The notes: generated by a model not told the origin, from the letters alone. 63,096 bases of DNA from Patescibacteria group bacterium (GCA_018826905.1 JAHJYC010000001.1:1-63096); one strand, 5' to 3'; positions 28,163 to 39,675 are shown, numbered from the stretch's first letter. Program-made: numbers and translations.

Positions 28163-29464
28163 ATGGATTCCTACACACACCTAAAAGAAGAAGATCGCGC
28201 ACTCTACGACATGATAGAAGGAGAGGAGAAGCGCGAGAAGGAGGGTCTTGAGCTTATTCCTTCAGAAAACTATGTATCCCAGGCAGTGCGAGAAGCAATG
28301 GGAAGTGTGCTCACAAACAAATACTCAGAAGGGTACCCCGGCAAACGCTATTACGGAGGACAAGAGTATACCGATCAGGTAGAGACACTCGCTATTGAGC
28401 GCGCGAAGGCACTCTTTAATTGCGATCACGCAAACGTGCAACCGCTTGGGGGAGCTGCTGCGAATATTGCTGCGTACTTCTCATGGCTTGAACCAGGAGA
28501 TGCCATTCTTGGTATGGATCTTTCACACGGGGGACATCTCACGCACGGTTCTCCTGTTACCTACATGTCAAAGCTGTATCGCTTTGTGCGCTACGGCATG
28601 AAAGATATTGAAACAGGAGAGATTGATTACGACGAAATGCTTGAGGTGGCAAAACGTGAGCGTCCAAAGATTGTGCTTGCAGGATTTTCTGGATACCCGA
28701 GAGAACTTAACTGGGAACGTATAGCACAGATTGCTAGGGAAGTTGACGCCGTTGCAATGGCAGATGTTGCGCACATCGCAGGACTTATCGCTGGAGGAGC
28801 TGCAAAGAACCCGTTTGATTATGGATTCAACATTGTAACGACAACAACACATAAAACACTCCGTGGTCCACGCGGGGGAATGATTCTCTCAAAGGGAATG
28901 GTGTCCTCTCCACTTCGTGCGCCTGAGAAGACTATTGAAAACCTTCCTACACTCATAGACCGTAGTGTGTTCCCAGGATTTCAGGGAGGTCCTCATATGC
29001 ATCAGATTGCAGCGAAGGCCGCTTCGTTTAAAGAGGCAGGCACTCCCGCCTTTAAGGAGTACGCACAGCAAGTTGTTACAAATGCGCGCGTTATGGCAGA
29101 GGTGTTTCTTGAGGGTGGCGTACGGCTTATAACAGGAGGTACTGACAACCATCTTATTCTGGCAGATGTGTATGGTTCTTTAGGCATTTCAGGAGGAGAG
29201 GCTGAAACACTGCTTGATAGAGCAGGTATTACACTAAACAAGAACTCCATTGCTGACGATCCTAGAAAGCCATTTGATCCATCAGGAATTCGTTTTGGGA
29301 CTCCGGCCATAACAACAAGAGGCTTTAAGGAGGCAGAAGTGAAACGAGTTGCTGAACTTATGTTGTCCGTGCTTTCAAAGCGAGACGACACAACCGTTGC
29401 GAGCGCTAGAGAAGAGATACGCACGCTTTCACTCGCACATCCGGTGCCAACACGGTTCTCGTAA
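28163..29464 (+). CDS. glyA: Serine hydroxymethyltransferase
   Basis: LIPSENY, EGYPGKRYYGG, TTTTHKTLRGPRGG. Confidence 0.98.
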   Translation: MDSYTHLKEEDRALYDMIEGEEKREKEGLELIPSENYVSQAVREAMGSVLTNKYSEGYPGKRYYGGQEYTDQVETLAIERAKALFNCDHANVQPLGGAAANIAAYFSWLEPGDAILGMDLSHGGHLTHGSPVTYMSKLYRFVRYGMKDIETGEIDYDEMLEVAKRERPKIVLAGFSGYPRELNWERIAQIAREVDAVAMADVAHIAGLIAGGAAKNPFDYGFNIVTTTTHKTLRGPRGGMILSKGMVSSPLRAPEKTIENLPTLIDRSVFPGFQGGPHMHQIAAKAASFKEAGTPAFKEYAQQVVTNARVMAEVFLEGGVRLITGGTDNHLILADVYGSLGISGGEAETLLDRAGITLNKNSIADDPRKPFDPSGIRFGTPAITTRGFKEAEVKRVAELMLSVLSKRDDTTVASAREEIRTLSLAHPVPTRFS

Positions 29465-29535
29465 AATCCTCATCCATACTTCAGGCAGGGAATGGTGTAC
29501 TAAGCAGGTATTACAAACCTAATACCTGCTTTGCT

Positions 29536-29658
29536 ATGAAGACTCTCCAAAAAACACTCACTGAATCAATCGCAGTTCTTTTAGTTGGCGTCGTTATTGT
29601 TGGATCTCTCATGTTTATCTTCTCGCAGAACGCGGGAACAAGCCTACTCGGTCTGTAA
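29536..29658 (+). CDS. 40-aa single-TM peptide (not in the ORF track), homologous to the N-terminus of the next gene
   Basis: MKTLQKTLTESIAVLLVGVVIVGSLMFIFSQNAGTSLLGL*. Confidence 0.65.
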   Translation: MKTLQKTLTESIAVLLVGVVIVGSLMFIFSQNAGTSLLGL

Positions 29659-29714
29659 GGGCACGCACTCTCCTACGTCTTATAGAGAGTTACTGGCCTA
29701 ACCGAACTTCATTC

Positions 29715-30245
29715 ATGATTAAGATGCACAGGACGCTTATTGAATCTGGCGCAGTACTCTTCGCGGGACTTCTCGTTGTTGGAGGGCTGATGTTTGCTTT
29801 TGCACATAATGCACAAGCGAAAGACTCCGAGAGGGTACGCGCGGGCTCGCCTCTAGAAGTTATTATCTCGGATAACGGACGAGTATTAGTGCGAGGTGCT
29901 GAAATAACCTCTGTTGGAGGCGCAGACATCATCGCGCGAAGCGAGTGGGGACAGAGTTCTCTCACGTGGACAGTACGCACTGACAGCGATACTTCTTTTG
30001 TTCAAAAGAAAGGTCCTTCATTGCAGATTGGGGACTTTGAGGATGGCGACTTCATTAGTTTCTCAGGTGTGCTTAACACAGAAACCTCAGCATTTACTGT
30101 TGATGCAGATTCTGTAAAGAACTGGTCACAAGAACTTGAGGCACAGGTGCACACCAAAGCAAAGGTGGAAGTAAATGAAAAGTGGAGTGGTTGGAAAGGA
30201 AAGCTCCCATTCCTTAACTGGTTCAAAGAGAGAAACGATAAATAG
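29715..30245 (+). CDS. Exported protein, DUF5666/OB-fold-like
   Basis: Signal peptide ending AQA; WTVRTDSDTSF...GDFISFSG. Confidence 0.7.
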   Translation: MIKMHRTLIESGAVLFAGLLVVGGLMFAFAHNAQAKDSERVRAGSPLEVIISDNGRVLVRGAEITSVGGADIIARSEWGQSSLTWTVRTDSDTSFVQKKGPSLQIGDFEDGDFISFSGVLNTETSAFTVDADSVKNWSQELEAQVHTKAKVEVNEKWSGWKGKLPFLNWFKERNDK

Positions 30246-30250
30246 ATGAT

Positions 30251-30279
30251 AACGGCCCTCGCTCCCAGCGGGGGCCGTT
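30251..30279 (+). terminator. Terminator
   Basis: AACGGCCCTCGCT-ccc-AGCGGGGGCCGTT then TT. Confidence 0.75.
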
Positions 30280-30298
30280 TTCTGTTACTATCCGCAAC

Positions 30299-31978
30299 AT
30301 GGAGCAGACATTGCGAGACGCAGTACAGAACGCACTCAATGAACTCGGAGTACCTGAGACTGAGTTTGTTATTGAGTGGCCAGCAGATCTCGCACACGGC
30401 GATTTCGCCACAAACGCAGCACTTGCGTGCGCGAAGGTCCTTGGGCGTTCTCCGCGAGAGATTGCCGAGGAGCTTGTAGAGAAGCTGCAGACAACGCTTG
30501 GGGATTCTGTAAAACACATTGAAGCAGCGGGACCGGGATTCGTTAACATAACGCTTGCGCACAGAACCATTACAAAACAGGTGGAGGGTGCAACAGTAAA
30601 AGACTGGGGGACACACACATACAACACGGGGAAGAGTGTGATGATTGAGTATTCCAATCCGAATCCTTTTAAGGAGATTCACATTGGGCACCTTATGAGT
30701 AATGTCGTGGGGGAGGCACTTTCACGCGTGCTTGAGGCATCCGGTGCTCGCGTGGTGCGCGACACGTTTGGAGGAGATGTAGGGCCGCATGTTGCAAAAG
30801 CACTCTGGGCTCTAAAGAAGAATAACGTTACGGATATTGGAAACGCTGGCGAGATTGGCAAGGCGTATATTCAAGGATCAAATGCCTACGAGGCAAGCAA
30901 AGAAGCAAAGGAAGAGATAGATGCGCTCAATACCCGCATTTACGACATTGTCGCTACGCAACTAGCGCCTGAGACATTGAGCGAAGAAGACAGAGAGATT
31001 CTCAATCTGTGGAGGAAAGGGAGAGAAGTCTCTATGGAAGAGTTTGCACGTATCTTCAGTATCTTAGGAACGCGTTTTGATTACATTTTCTATGATAGCG
31101 ATACTACGGAGGGAGGAATCTCAGTAGTGCGAGACGGAGTGACAAGCGGAGTGTTTGAACAAAGTGAAGGTGCAATCATCTATCGTGGGGAAAAGAAGGG
31201 ATTGCATACGCTTGTCTTCATCACGTCTCGGGGCACTCCAACATACGAGACCAAAGACATTGGCCTCGCGTTCCTTAAAGAAGAGCGGTGCTCAACTGAT
31301 GAGGTAATTATTATTACTGCTATTGAGCAGGTGGGGCACTTTGAAGTAGTGCTCGCTGCCCTAGAAGAGATTGCTCCACAACTTGCGAAAAAGATGACGC
31401 ATGTGCCGCACGGACTTCTTCGCCTTACGACCGGGAAGATGTCTTCGCGCAAAGGGAATATCATCACTGCCTCGGAGTTACTTGCAGACATGGTTCGTTC
31501 TGCAACAGAAAAGAATGCAGACCCGCTTGTAGCTGAGCAGGTGGCAGTGGCTGCAGTGAAGTACATGATCCTACGCCAGGCACCAGGGGGCGACATTGTA
31601 TTTGATCCTGAGAAATCTCTTTCGCTTGAAGGAGATTCAGGTCCGTATCTCCAGTACGCACTCGTTCGTGCTAAGTCCGTCATTGCTCAGAGTTCTGTAT
31701 CAGCAGATACGAGCGATGCTCCGGAAGAGCCGTATACACTTGAGCGACTCATAATTAGATTCCCTGAAATAATACGTAAGGCAGAGCGCTTACGTGCTCC
31801 TCACCTCATAACACAGTACGTCACCCAGCTTGCGGGGGAGTGGAACTCATTTTATGCAAAAGAACGCATTAGAGACGGTGCGCATGAAGCCTATAAGATC
31901 GCTGTAGCAACAGCGTTTGTCCGCACCATGGAGCAAGGACTTCATTTCTTAGGCATTCCTGTTCCAGAGAAGATGTAG
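30299..31978 (+). CDS. argS: Arginyl-tRNA synthetase
   Basis: GDFATN, EYSNPNPFKEIHIGH, KMSSRKG, GPYLQYA, PEKM. Confidence 0.97.
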   Translation: MEQTLRDAVQNALNELGVPETEFVIEWPADLAHGDFATNAALACAKVLGRSPREIAEELVEKLQTTLGDSVKHIEAAGPGFVNITLAHRTITKQVEGATVKDWGTHTYNTGKSVMIEYSNPNPFKEIHIGHLMSNVVGEALSRVLEASGARVVRDTFGGDVGPHVAKALWALKKNNVTDIGNAGEIGKAYIQGSNAYEASKEAKEEIDALNTRIYDIVATQLAPETLSEEDREILNLWRKGREVSMEEFARIFSILGTRFDYIFYDSDTTEGGISVVRDGVTSGVFEQSEGAIIYRGEKKGLHTLVFITSRGTPTYETKDIGLAFLKEERCSTDEVIIITAIEQVGHFEVVLAALEEIAPQLAKKMTHVPHGLLRLTTGKMSSRKGNIITASELLADMVRSATEKNADPLVAEQVAVAAVKYMILRQAPGGDIVFDPEKSLSLEGDSGPYLQYALVRAKSVIAQSSVSADTSDAPEEPYTLERLIIRFPEIIRKAERLRAPHLITQYVTQLAGEWNSFYAKERIRDGAHEAYKIAVATAFVRTMEQGLHFLGIPVPEKM

Positions 31979-32062
31979 ATAACTACACTTGCACCGAGGC
32001 GTACTTGACGGTAGGGTAGCAAAGTGGCTCTATTTTGGAGTCACTGGATTGGAGGAAATATA

Positions 32063-32335
32063 GTGCGTAAGAACACTTCGCCGCGAGCCAATCGCGGACC
32101 CGACTACCGGAAGACCCGCAAGAAGACGGACATCGTCCAGCAGGTCTGCAACAAGCTCGGCCTGCGCGCCATCGCGCTGTTCCGCAAGGCGTTCCGCTGG
32201 AAGCACGGACACCTGGATCAGCATCAGGTCGGCGTTGACCTGAAGAAGTTTCAGCAGAGCAACGGCCGGCGCCTGGCTGGCTATGTTCTCCGCTTCATCA
32301 AGTCGCTGGAACAGTCCAAGGCCATTCCGGCCTGA
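32063..32335 (+). CDS. High-GC small basic hypothetical protein
   Basis: GGAGG SD at 32051 before in-frame GTG 32063; strong GC3 bias; hairpin + T-run at 32362-32390. Confidence 0.65.
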   Translation: MRKNTSPRANRGPDYRKTRKKTDIVQQVCNKLGLRAIALFRKAFRWKHGHLDQHQVGVDLKKFQQSNGRRLAGYVLRFIKSLEQSKAIPA

Positions 32336-32425
32336 CTACTAGACCACAAGACGATCTTTCCACGGCCATGCTTTCCGCATTGGCCGTTTTCATTTTTATG
32401 CGCGAAACGCTAGGATACAGAGACT

Positions 32426-35400
32426 ATGGCCGATACCCAAAAAACAGAGGCAGTGAAGAGGGAAGAGGAGATACTCGCTTTTTGGGAGCGCGAGAAGATA
32501 TTTGAGAAGTCGCTCAAGAAGCCAAGTTCAAAGGGAACCTTCGTTTTTTATGAGGGACCACCAACAGCAAACGGACGCCCTGGCGTGCACCATATGGAGT
32601 CTCGCTCCTTTAAGGACGCAATTCCAAGATATAAAACAATGCGTGGATATTCAGTTCCGCGTCGCGCTGGATGGGACACACACGGACTGCCGGTTGAGCT
32701 TGAGGTTGAAAAGCAACTAGGGTTCTCCGGCAAGAAAGACATTGAGGGATATGGAATCGCGGCCTTTAACAAGAAGTGCCGTGAGAGTGTTCTTGCATAC
32801 ATAGAAGAGTGGGACCGCTTTACGAAACGTATAGGGTATTGGGTTGATCAGGAGAAGGCGTACTTTACCTTTAATGCCCCTTTCATGGAGTCCGTATGGC
32901 ACATCATGAAAAAAGTATCTGATGATGGGCGTCTATTTAAAGACTACAAAGTAGTGCCATGGTGTGCGCGCTGTGGGACGGCACTCTCTTCACATGAGCT
33001 TGCTCAGGGGTATGCAGATGTGAAAGATCTCTCTATAACAGCAAAGTTTGAGCTCGCTGATGAACCTGGAACGTATCTACTGGCGTGGACAACCACACCA
33101 TGGACCCTCCCTGGAAACGTTGGACTTGCAGTTGGAGAGAAAATCTCCTATGGACAGTACGAGAAGGAAGGGGAGAGAGTCATTGTCGCTACAGAACTTG
33201 CAGGCAAGCTCGGGGAAGGATGGACTCTCTCAAAGGAATTCTCTGGAGCTGAACTGATTGGGAAAGAATACAAACCGCTCTATCCGTACGCGAAAGCACT
33301 TGCTCCTGAAAGTGAAGAGGAGAAGTTTACAAAAGCATTTCATGTATATCCTGCTGATTTTGTAACAACAGAAGACGGAACTGGAATCGTGCATACGGCT
33401 GTTATGTATGGACAGGAGGACTTTGAACTTGGGCAGACAGTAGGACTGCCGAAGGTGCACCTCGTTGCGCCAGACGGGAAGTTCATAGGTGGCACTGGAT
33501 TCCTAGAAGGGCGATTCGTGAAAGACCAAGAAGTTGCCATTGATATTCTTAAAGATCTTCAGGAGAGAGGACTCTTTTTCTCAAAAGAAAACTACACTCA
33601 CAGCTATCCATTCTGCTGGCGCTGTAAGACTCCTCTTATCTATTACGCACGAGACTCGTGGTATATCCGCATGCAAGACTTGCGAGATTCGTTGCTTGCT
33701 GCAAATAACACAGTGCACTGGGAGCCGAATCATATACAGCAAGGAAGAATGGGGGAGTGGCTCAAGAACGTAAAGGATTGGGCAATTTCTCGTGAGAGAT
33801 ACTGGGGCACTCCTCTTCCTGTGTGGGTGAGCGAAGACAAGACTGAACAGCTAGTTATTGGTTCTGTGGAGGAACTCCGCAAACACATACTGACAAACAA
33901 GAACCAATACTTCGTCATGCGGCACGGAGAAGCCGAGAACAATGCGAAAGATATTCTGGACTCAACAAATGAGAAGCGGTGGCCGCTCCTTGAAGAAGGA
34001 AAGAGACAAGTACACGAAGGGGTAAACGCACTTCGTGCGGAAGGAATAACACATATATACGCATCTCCTTTTGAACGGACAAAGCAGACAGCGGAAATTG
34101 CCGCAGAAGAACTTGGAATACCGAAGGACCAAATTGTGTACGACGAAAGACTTGGCGAGTTTGAGTTCGGCAAGTTCCATAGCGGAAGCCATCAAGCGTT
34201 TATGGAGTGGCGAGAGGATAAGCAGTACACCGATGCAGTTCCCGGCGGTGCTTCATATCAGGATGCGAAGAATAGATTCGGTGCATTCTTGTATGACATA
34301 GACACAAAGCATAGAGACGCCTCCGTACTTTTGGTAACTCATGGCATTGGTGTTGAAACTCTGCGTTCAATCGCAACAGGGTCTGGACCTGAAGAATCTA
34401 GAGAACTTGCGTACGAAAAGGTTCCGGAAAAGGGAGTTGCCGAGAAGCTGGATTTCGTTCCGCTCCCACACAACGACCAGTATGAGTTAGATCTGCATCG
34501 CCCGTACATTGATTCAGTGGTGCTGGTAAACGAAAAAGGAACTGAACTGCGTCGTGTGCCTGAAGTTATGGATGTGTGGTTTGACTCTGGGTCTGTACCG
34601 TTTGCGCAAGATCACTATCCTTTTGAAAACAAAGAGCACATTGATAGATCGGGATACCCAGCTGATTACATCTCAGAGGCAATTGATCAAACACGTGGAT
34701 GGTTCTACACGTTACTTGCAGTTGGTGCGCTTATGGAGCGGGGCGCTCCGTATAAGAATGTTATCTGCCTTGGGCACTTGCTAGACGAGAAGGGCCAGAA
34801 GATGTCTAAGTCTAAAGGGAATGTTGTTAATCCGTGGGAGGCTATAGAGCAGTACGGAGTAGATACGCTTCGCTTCTGGATGTATAGCGTGAATCAGCCT
34901 GGAGACTCAAAGAACTTTGACGATAAAACCGTGAAGGAAGCAGCGCGTGTTATTTCTTGGCTTGATAACAGTGCAAAGTTTTATGCACTCTTTAAGGATG
35001 GAGCAAGGAAAGGGGAGAAGACAGCAATTGATGTGTGGATGGACGCACGAGTGAATACTGCAGTGCAGGAAGTAACTGAAGCGATGGATGAGTACCGTCT
35101 CTATGAGGCCTCTAGAGCCGTAGCGCACTTGGTTGAAGATCTTTCACAATGGTATGTGCGCCGCATTAGAGATCGTGCTCGTGAAGGAGATACCGCAGCA
35201 CTCGTAACTCTTAAGAGTGCACTTAGGAACGTGGCACTTCTTATGGCACCTCTTTCTCCCTTTATTGCAGAAGAAGTATTCCAGTTAGTGCGCGAGGATA
35301 CGGATGCAGAAAGCGTACATCTTAGTGAATGGCCACGAGCTGAGAGAGGGCTTCTTTGGAAACTTGGAGGAGGAGAAAAAAAAGAAGAAGCATGCATTGC

Positions 35401-35845
35401 TGACATGAAGCGAGTGCGTACACTTGCGTCTGAGGCGCTGATGCTTCGCCAGAAGACAAACAGTAAGGTGCGCCAGCCACTCGCAAAGCTCTCAATCCCG
35501 GGAACTCTTTCTGAAGGACTCGCTCAGATCCTCAAAGACGAAGTGAACGTGAAAGAAATAGAGATGAATGCTGAAGAGCTTTCTCTAGACACAGTTCTTA
35601 CACCTGAGCTTGTGCGAGAAGGGGACGTGCGCGCTTTTATGCGTGCCGTTGCAGAAGCTCGCAAAGAAGCGGGCTACGAGCCAAAGGATATTGTAAATAT
35701 CACAGTAGGGAGTGAAGCAAAAGACATTCTTAGTGGAGAGACCTTTGTGGGCGTAGGCACTCTTACATATGGGGAAGGAGGTACGCTCAGTGCGGAGCTT
35801 TCTACTGGAAAGGTGCTGTTCTCTATTTCTTCTAATGCGTCATAA
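32426..35845 (+). CDS. ileS: Isoleucyl-tRNA synthetase (type 2) with inserted histidine phosphatase domain
   Basis: [47 protein letters not shown]; internal RHGE domain. Confidence 0.95.
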   Translation: MADTQKTEAVKREEEILAFWEREKIFEKSLKKPSSKGTFVFYEGPPTANGRPGVHHMESRSFKDAIPRYKTMRGYSVPRRAGWDTHGLPVELEVEKQLGFSGKKDIEGYGIAAFNKKCRESVLAYIEEWDRFTKRIGYWVDQEKAYFTFNAPFMESVWHIMKKVSDDGRLFKDYKVVPWCARCGTALSSHELAQGYADVKDLSITAKFELADEPGTYLLAWTTTPWTLPGNVGLAVGEKISYGQYEKEGERVIVATELAGKLGEGWTLSKEFSGAELIGKEYKPLYPYAKALAPESEEEKFTKAFHVYPADFVTTEDGTGIVHTAVMYGQEDFELGQTVGLPKVHLVAPDGKFIGGTGFLEGRFVKDQEVAIDILKDLQERGLFFSKENYTHSYPFCWRCKTPLIYYARDSWYIRMQDLRDSLLAANNTVHWEPNHIQQGRMGEWLKNVKDWAISRERYWGTPLPVWVSEDKTEQLVIGSVEELRKHILTNKNQYFVMRHGEAENNAKDILDSTNEKRWPLLEEGKRQVHEGVNALRAEGITHIYASPFERTKQTAEIAAEELGIPKDQIVYDERLGEFEFGKFHSGSHQAFMEWREDKQYTDAVPGGASYQDAKNRFGAFLYDIDTKHRDASVLLVTHGIGVETLRSIATGSGPEESRELAYEKVPEKGVAEKLDFVPLPHNDQYELDLHRPYIDSVVLVNEKGTELRRVPEVMDVWFDSGSVPFAQDHYPFENKEHIDRSGYPADYISEAIDQTRGWFYTLLAVGALMERGAPYKNVICLGHLLDEKGQKMSKSKGNVVNPWEAIEQYGVDTLRFWMYSVNQPGDSKNFDDKTVKEAARVISWLDNSAKFYALFKDGARKGEKTAIDVWMDARVNTAVQEVTEAMDEYRLYEASRAVAHLVEDLSQWYVRRIRDRAREGDTAALVTLKSALRNVALLMAPLSPFIAEEVFQLVREDTDAESVHLSEWPRAERGLLWKLGGGEKKEEACIADMKRVRTLASEALMLRQKTNSKVRQPLAKLSIPGTLSEGLAQILKDEVNVKEIEMNAEELSLDTVLTPELVREGDVRAFMRAVAEARKEAGYEPKDIVNITVGSEAKDILSGETFVGVGTLTYGEGGTLSAELSTGKVLFSISSNAS

Positions 35846-36380
35846 GTACGTTACAGAGGCGATTGTGCTCCAAAGAACACCGCTCGCAGAAGCAGCGACA
35901 CTAGTAACGCTACTCACAGAGGAGTTTGGGCTCGTGCGTGCACGGGCTGAGGGGTTGCGGAAACCCGGAGCAAAACTGTCTAGTGCACTACAAACACTTT
36001 CTCACTCAGAAGTAACCCTCATGCGGGGCAAGCATGGGTGGCGTCTTTCAGGAGCACTCCTCACAAAGAACTGGTTTCAGACTCTTTCTCCGGAGTCTCG
36101 TGAGCGAGCAGGGCGAGTAGGAACACTTATACTCCGCTTAGTGCAAGGGGAGGGACAAGGATCTCTGTATGACTTGTATGATGAATTTTTGGGAAAGCTT
36201 CAGGACTCAACTGAAGAAGAAGGAGACACTGCAGAATGTATTTATGCACTCCGTATCTTGTCTGAACTTGGACTGGACACTGGCGACATACCCGAAACGG
36301 ATCAAAAGGCATTGTCTGCTCAAGCAAGGAGAGATGTGGTGATGCGTATCAATCGCGGTATTACTGCCTCAGGTCTTTAG
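35835..36380 (+). CDS. recO: DNA repair protein RecO
   Basis: TEAIVL...EA...[18 protein letters not shown]; start MRHKY. Confidence 0.85.
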   Translation: MRHKYVTEAIVLQRTPLAEAATLVTLLTEEFGLVRARAEGLRKPGAKLSSALQTLSHSEVTLMRGKHGWRLSGALLTKNWFQTLSPESRERAGRVGTLILRLVQGEGQGSLYDLYDEFLGKLQDSTEEEGDTAECIYALRILSELGLDTGDIPETDQKALSAQARRDVVMRINRGITASGL

Positions 36381-36404
36381 AGAGGTACGGTATACTGATG
36401 CGTA

Positions 36405-38288
36405 ATGCCAGAGGAATTGCCGGAATCAAACGACGACACAAGTACGCTTGAGCGACTGCGAAGGAAGCTCTATGCCCAAGAGGCGCCTGAAACGTTTACG
36501 GTGCCTGAGCTTGCGCACGAAGAGGTAGCGCAACCGGGAGTTTCCTGGTCGCCTCCACCAGTTGAGGATAAGAAACCACGCATATCGTGGGCAGTTATAT
36601 TCCTTATTGTTGCTGCGGTATTTTTCGTACTTGCGGTTGCGGGAGCTGCGTATTTCCTTATCTTTGGTGCACGCGCAGTCTCTACCGACCGTGTGATCAT
36701 TTCAATTGATGCGCCGACTGCTATAGCAAGCGGTGATACAGTCGCACTCCTTTTGTCAGTACAGAACAATAATCCGGTTCCCATCCATTCAACTCTTATT
36801 GCGGTTGATTTCCCGGAAACAACACGTTCAGCTGAATCAATGGACACTCCGCTTAATCATTTTGAGGATACACTTGGAGACATAGAGCCTGGAAAAGCAG
36901 GACAGCAAACAATACGGGCAGTGCTTTTTGGGGCAGAGAATGAACGAGTGAGTATTCCGCTACGATTTGAGTATCGTGTAGAAGGATCAAATGCAGTGTT
37001 TGTTAAGGAGACCACCTATGATGTGGCCATTACATCCTCTCCACTTAGTGTGCGTGCAGAGGCAGTAACAGAAGCAACAGCAGGTCAGCCACTGACGTTT
37101 GCAGTAACGGTCCGTTCAAATGCTACTACCCGTGTAGAACACGTTGCCGTGCTTGCTCAGTATCCTTTTGGATTTACTGCACGTAAGGGGGAGGGTCCAC
37201 TCTTTCCCATTGGAAGCTTAGATCCCGGAGAAGAGAAGACCGTTGCTATAACAGGGACGCTCGCTGGAGAAAATAGTGAACAGAAGGTCTTTAGATTTAC
37301 TGCGGGTACGAGAGCCAATGCGGATGCATCTCTTTTAGCTGTCTCCTACACCACCACTGAAGCAGCCGTAACGCTTGGTAAGCCATTCCTCAATACATCG
37401 CTTTCGGTGAACCATGATGGAGGTGCGTCACCAGTAGTTAGTGCTGGCTCGCAAGCTCAGGGAATTATCTCGTGGGCAAATACGCTCTCAACTCCAATTC
37501 TAGATGGAGAGATTCTAATAAAGCTTTCTGGGGCAGCGCTTGATCCGAGTTCTGTGAGCGCATATGGAGGATTCTATCGTTCCTCGGACACCACACTTAT
37601 CTTTAGCAAAGAAACAAATTCAGAGCTTGCGCGCCTCGCGCCAGGAGCAACAGGAAACGGTTCGTTTACGTTTGCAACAAAGAACCCTGCTGCACTTACA
37701 GGTGTGAAAAATCCAACCGTTACTGCAACGGTGTCTGTATCAGGGCGTCGGGTAGGGGAGTCTAACGTACCCGAGAGCGTCTCCTCTTCATTAGTGCGCA
37801 CGATTAAGGTTGGGACAGATCTTTCGCTAAAGGCACGCGCACTCTATAGCATTGGTGCTTTTAAGAACACCGGTCCATGGCCCCCTGTTGCCGACACAGA
37901 GACGACCTACACTATAGAGCTCGTGCTTGCCAACACGCTTAACTCAGTTGCCAACGCCTCAGTCTCAGCAACACTGCCTTCCTATGTAACGTATACCGGT
38001 GCAGTGAGCCCGGATGATGGGTCTCTGACATATAATCCAACGTCTAGACGCGTAACATGGAACGCTGGTGAGGTGCCTGCAGGAGCAGGGAGCCGCACCA
38101 TGAGTTTCCAGGTGAAGCTGTTGCCAAGTGTTTCTCAGCGCGGTACAAGTCCTATACTTATGTCCGCTCAGCAGATAACCGGTACTGACCGATTTACACA
38201 AAAGTCTATTTCATTTACAAACCCAGAAGTAACAACCAACACACTAGCAGACCCGCAGTTCCAGGCTAATTCAGGAACAGTTCGCTAA
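36405..38288 (+). CDS. Membrane-anchored protein with multiple Ig-like/DUF11-like beta domains
   Basis: One TM, then beta-rich S/T/P repeats; NTGPWPP..TTYTI. Confidence 0.75.
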   Translation: MPEELPESNDDTSTLERLRRKLYAQEAPETFTVPELAHEEVAQPGVSWSPPPVEDKKPRISWAVIFLIVAAVFFVLAVAGAAYFLIFGARAVSTDRVIISIDAPTAIASGDTVALLLSVQNNNPVPIHSTLIAVDFPETTRSAESMDTPLNHFEDTLGDIEPGKAGQQTIRAVLFGAENERVSIPLRFEYRVEGSNAVFVKETTYDVAITSSPLSVRAEAVTEATAGQPLTFAVTVRSNATTRVEHVAVLAQYPFGFTARKGEGPLFPIGSLDPGEEKTVAITGTLAGENSEQKVFRFTAGTRANADASLLAVSYTTTEAAVTLGKPFLNTSLSVNHDGGASPVVSAGSQAQGIISWANTLSTPILDGEILIKLSGAALDPSSVSAYGGFYRSSDTTLIFSKETNSELARLAPGATGNGSFTFATKNPAALTGVKNPTVTATVSVSGRRVGESNVPESVSSSLVRTIKVGTDLSLKARALYSIGAFKNTGPWPPVADTETTYTIELVLANTLNSVANASVSATLPSYVTYTGAVSPDDGSLTYNPTSRRVTWNAGEVPAGAGSRTMSFQVKLLPSVSQRGTSPILMSAQQITGTDRFTQKSISFTNPEVTTNTLADPQFQANSGTVR

Positions 38289-38298
38289 GTACACACGT

Positions 38299-39675
38299 AT
38301 GGTATCCCTAGAAACAATTGTCTCTTTCGCAAAGCGCCGAGGATTTATATTTCCTGGGTCTGAGATCTATGGCGGATTCGCGGGGACCTACGACTTCGGA
38401 CCTCATGGCCTCGCGCTCAAGAAGAATATAGAACAACTCTGGTGGAGGAGGTTTGTTGAGCTGCGAGACGATATGTACGGTATTGATTCAGCAATTCTTA
38501 TGAGTCCTCGTGTGTGGGAAGCGTCTGGGCATACCACCACTTTTAACGACCCACTCGTTGTTGATCAAAAGACTCAGAAGCGATATCGCGCAGACCACCT
38601 TCTTGAAGAGGCTGGCATTGATCCAACTGGCATGAGTACGGATCAAATGAGTGCTGCGCTCAAAGAGAAGGGTATACAGAGTCCTGAAGGGAACCCCCTG
38701 TCTGAAGTACAACAATTCAATATGATGTTTAAGACCTCAGTGGGATCTGTTGAAGGAGGAGAGATGCCCGCGTACTTACGTCCAGAAACGGCACAGGGAA
38801 TGTTCGTTAATTTCAAGAACATCATTGATTCGTATCATCCAAAACTTCCATTCGGTATCGCACAAATAGGGCGCGCATTTAGGAACGAGATTGCTCCTCG
38901 CGAGTTTATTTTCCGTGTTCGTGAGCTTGAGATTATGGAACTAGAGTACTTCCTTGAAGAGAAAACATGGGAAGAGCAGTTTGCCTACTGGCAGAAGGAA
39001 ATGCACGCCTGGTTTAAGGAAATCGGTTTTTCTGACGAAGACGTGAAAGAAGTTGAAGTGTCTGAAGAGGAGCGCGCGCACTATTCAAAGCGCACCTTAG
39101 ATTTCTATTTTAAGTACCCCGGAGGCTTTAAGGAGATCGGAGGACTGGCGTATCGTACAGACTTTGACCTAAAGAATCATGAGGAAGCATCAGGAGCTGA
39201 GTTGCGGTATCTAGATCAAGAGAAAAACGAAAAGATTTCTCCTCACGTACTTGAGCCAACGTTTGGTCTTGGAAGACACGTGCTGGCAGTTCTTGTTAAG
39301 GCATACGATACAGACTCGCTTGGCGGGGAAGAGCGCGTGGTATTGCGGTTGCCTGCAAAGCTCGCTCCAGTAAAAGCACTCGTCTCTCCGCTTCTTAAAA
39401 ATAAGCCAGAACTCGTTGCGAAGGCGCAGGAGGTACGAAGACGTCTCCAGGAAGTACACCCTGCTATTGCGTGGGATGATAACGGGAATATTGGGAAACG
39501 CTACAGACGACAAGATGAAATTGGTACCCCCTTCTGCATCACTGTTGATTTTGACACCCTGGGAGAGTCTCCTGAGCTTACAGACACGGTTACTCTTAGA
39601 CACCGGGATACTGGGGAGCAAGAGCGCCTTTTTATTGAAGAGGTGGCAGAGCGACTCACACAGGCCCTTAAGTAG
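38299..39675 (+). CDS. glyQS: Glycyl-tRNA synthetase (alpha2 type)
   Basis: KRRGF, LRPETAQG, FRNEI, AHYS, IGKRYRRQDEIGTP. Confidence 0.96.
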   Translation: MVSLETIVSFAKRRGFIFPGSEIYGGFAGTYDFGPHGLALKKNIEQLWWRRFVELRDDMYGIDSAILMSPRVWEASGHTTTFNDPLVVDQKTQKRYRADHLLEEAGIDPTGMSTDQMSAALKEKGIQSPEGNPLSEVQQFNMMFKTSVGSVEGGEMPAYLRPETAQGMFVNFKNIIDSYHPKLPFGIAQIGRAFRNEIAPREFIFRVRELEIMELEYFLEEKTWEEQFAYWQKEMHAWFKEIGFSDEDVKEVEVSEEERAHYSKRTLDFYFKYPGGFKEIGGLAYRTDFDLKNHEEASGAELRYLDQEKNEKISPHVLEPTFGLGRHVLAVLVKAYDTDSLGGEERVVLRLPAKLAPVKALVSPLLKNKPELVAKAQEVRRRLQEVHPAIAWDDNGNIGKRYRRQDEIGTPFCITVDFDTLGESPELTDTVTLRHRDTGEQERLFIEEVAERLTQALK

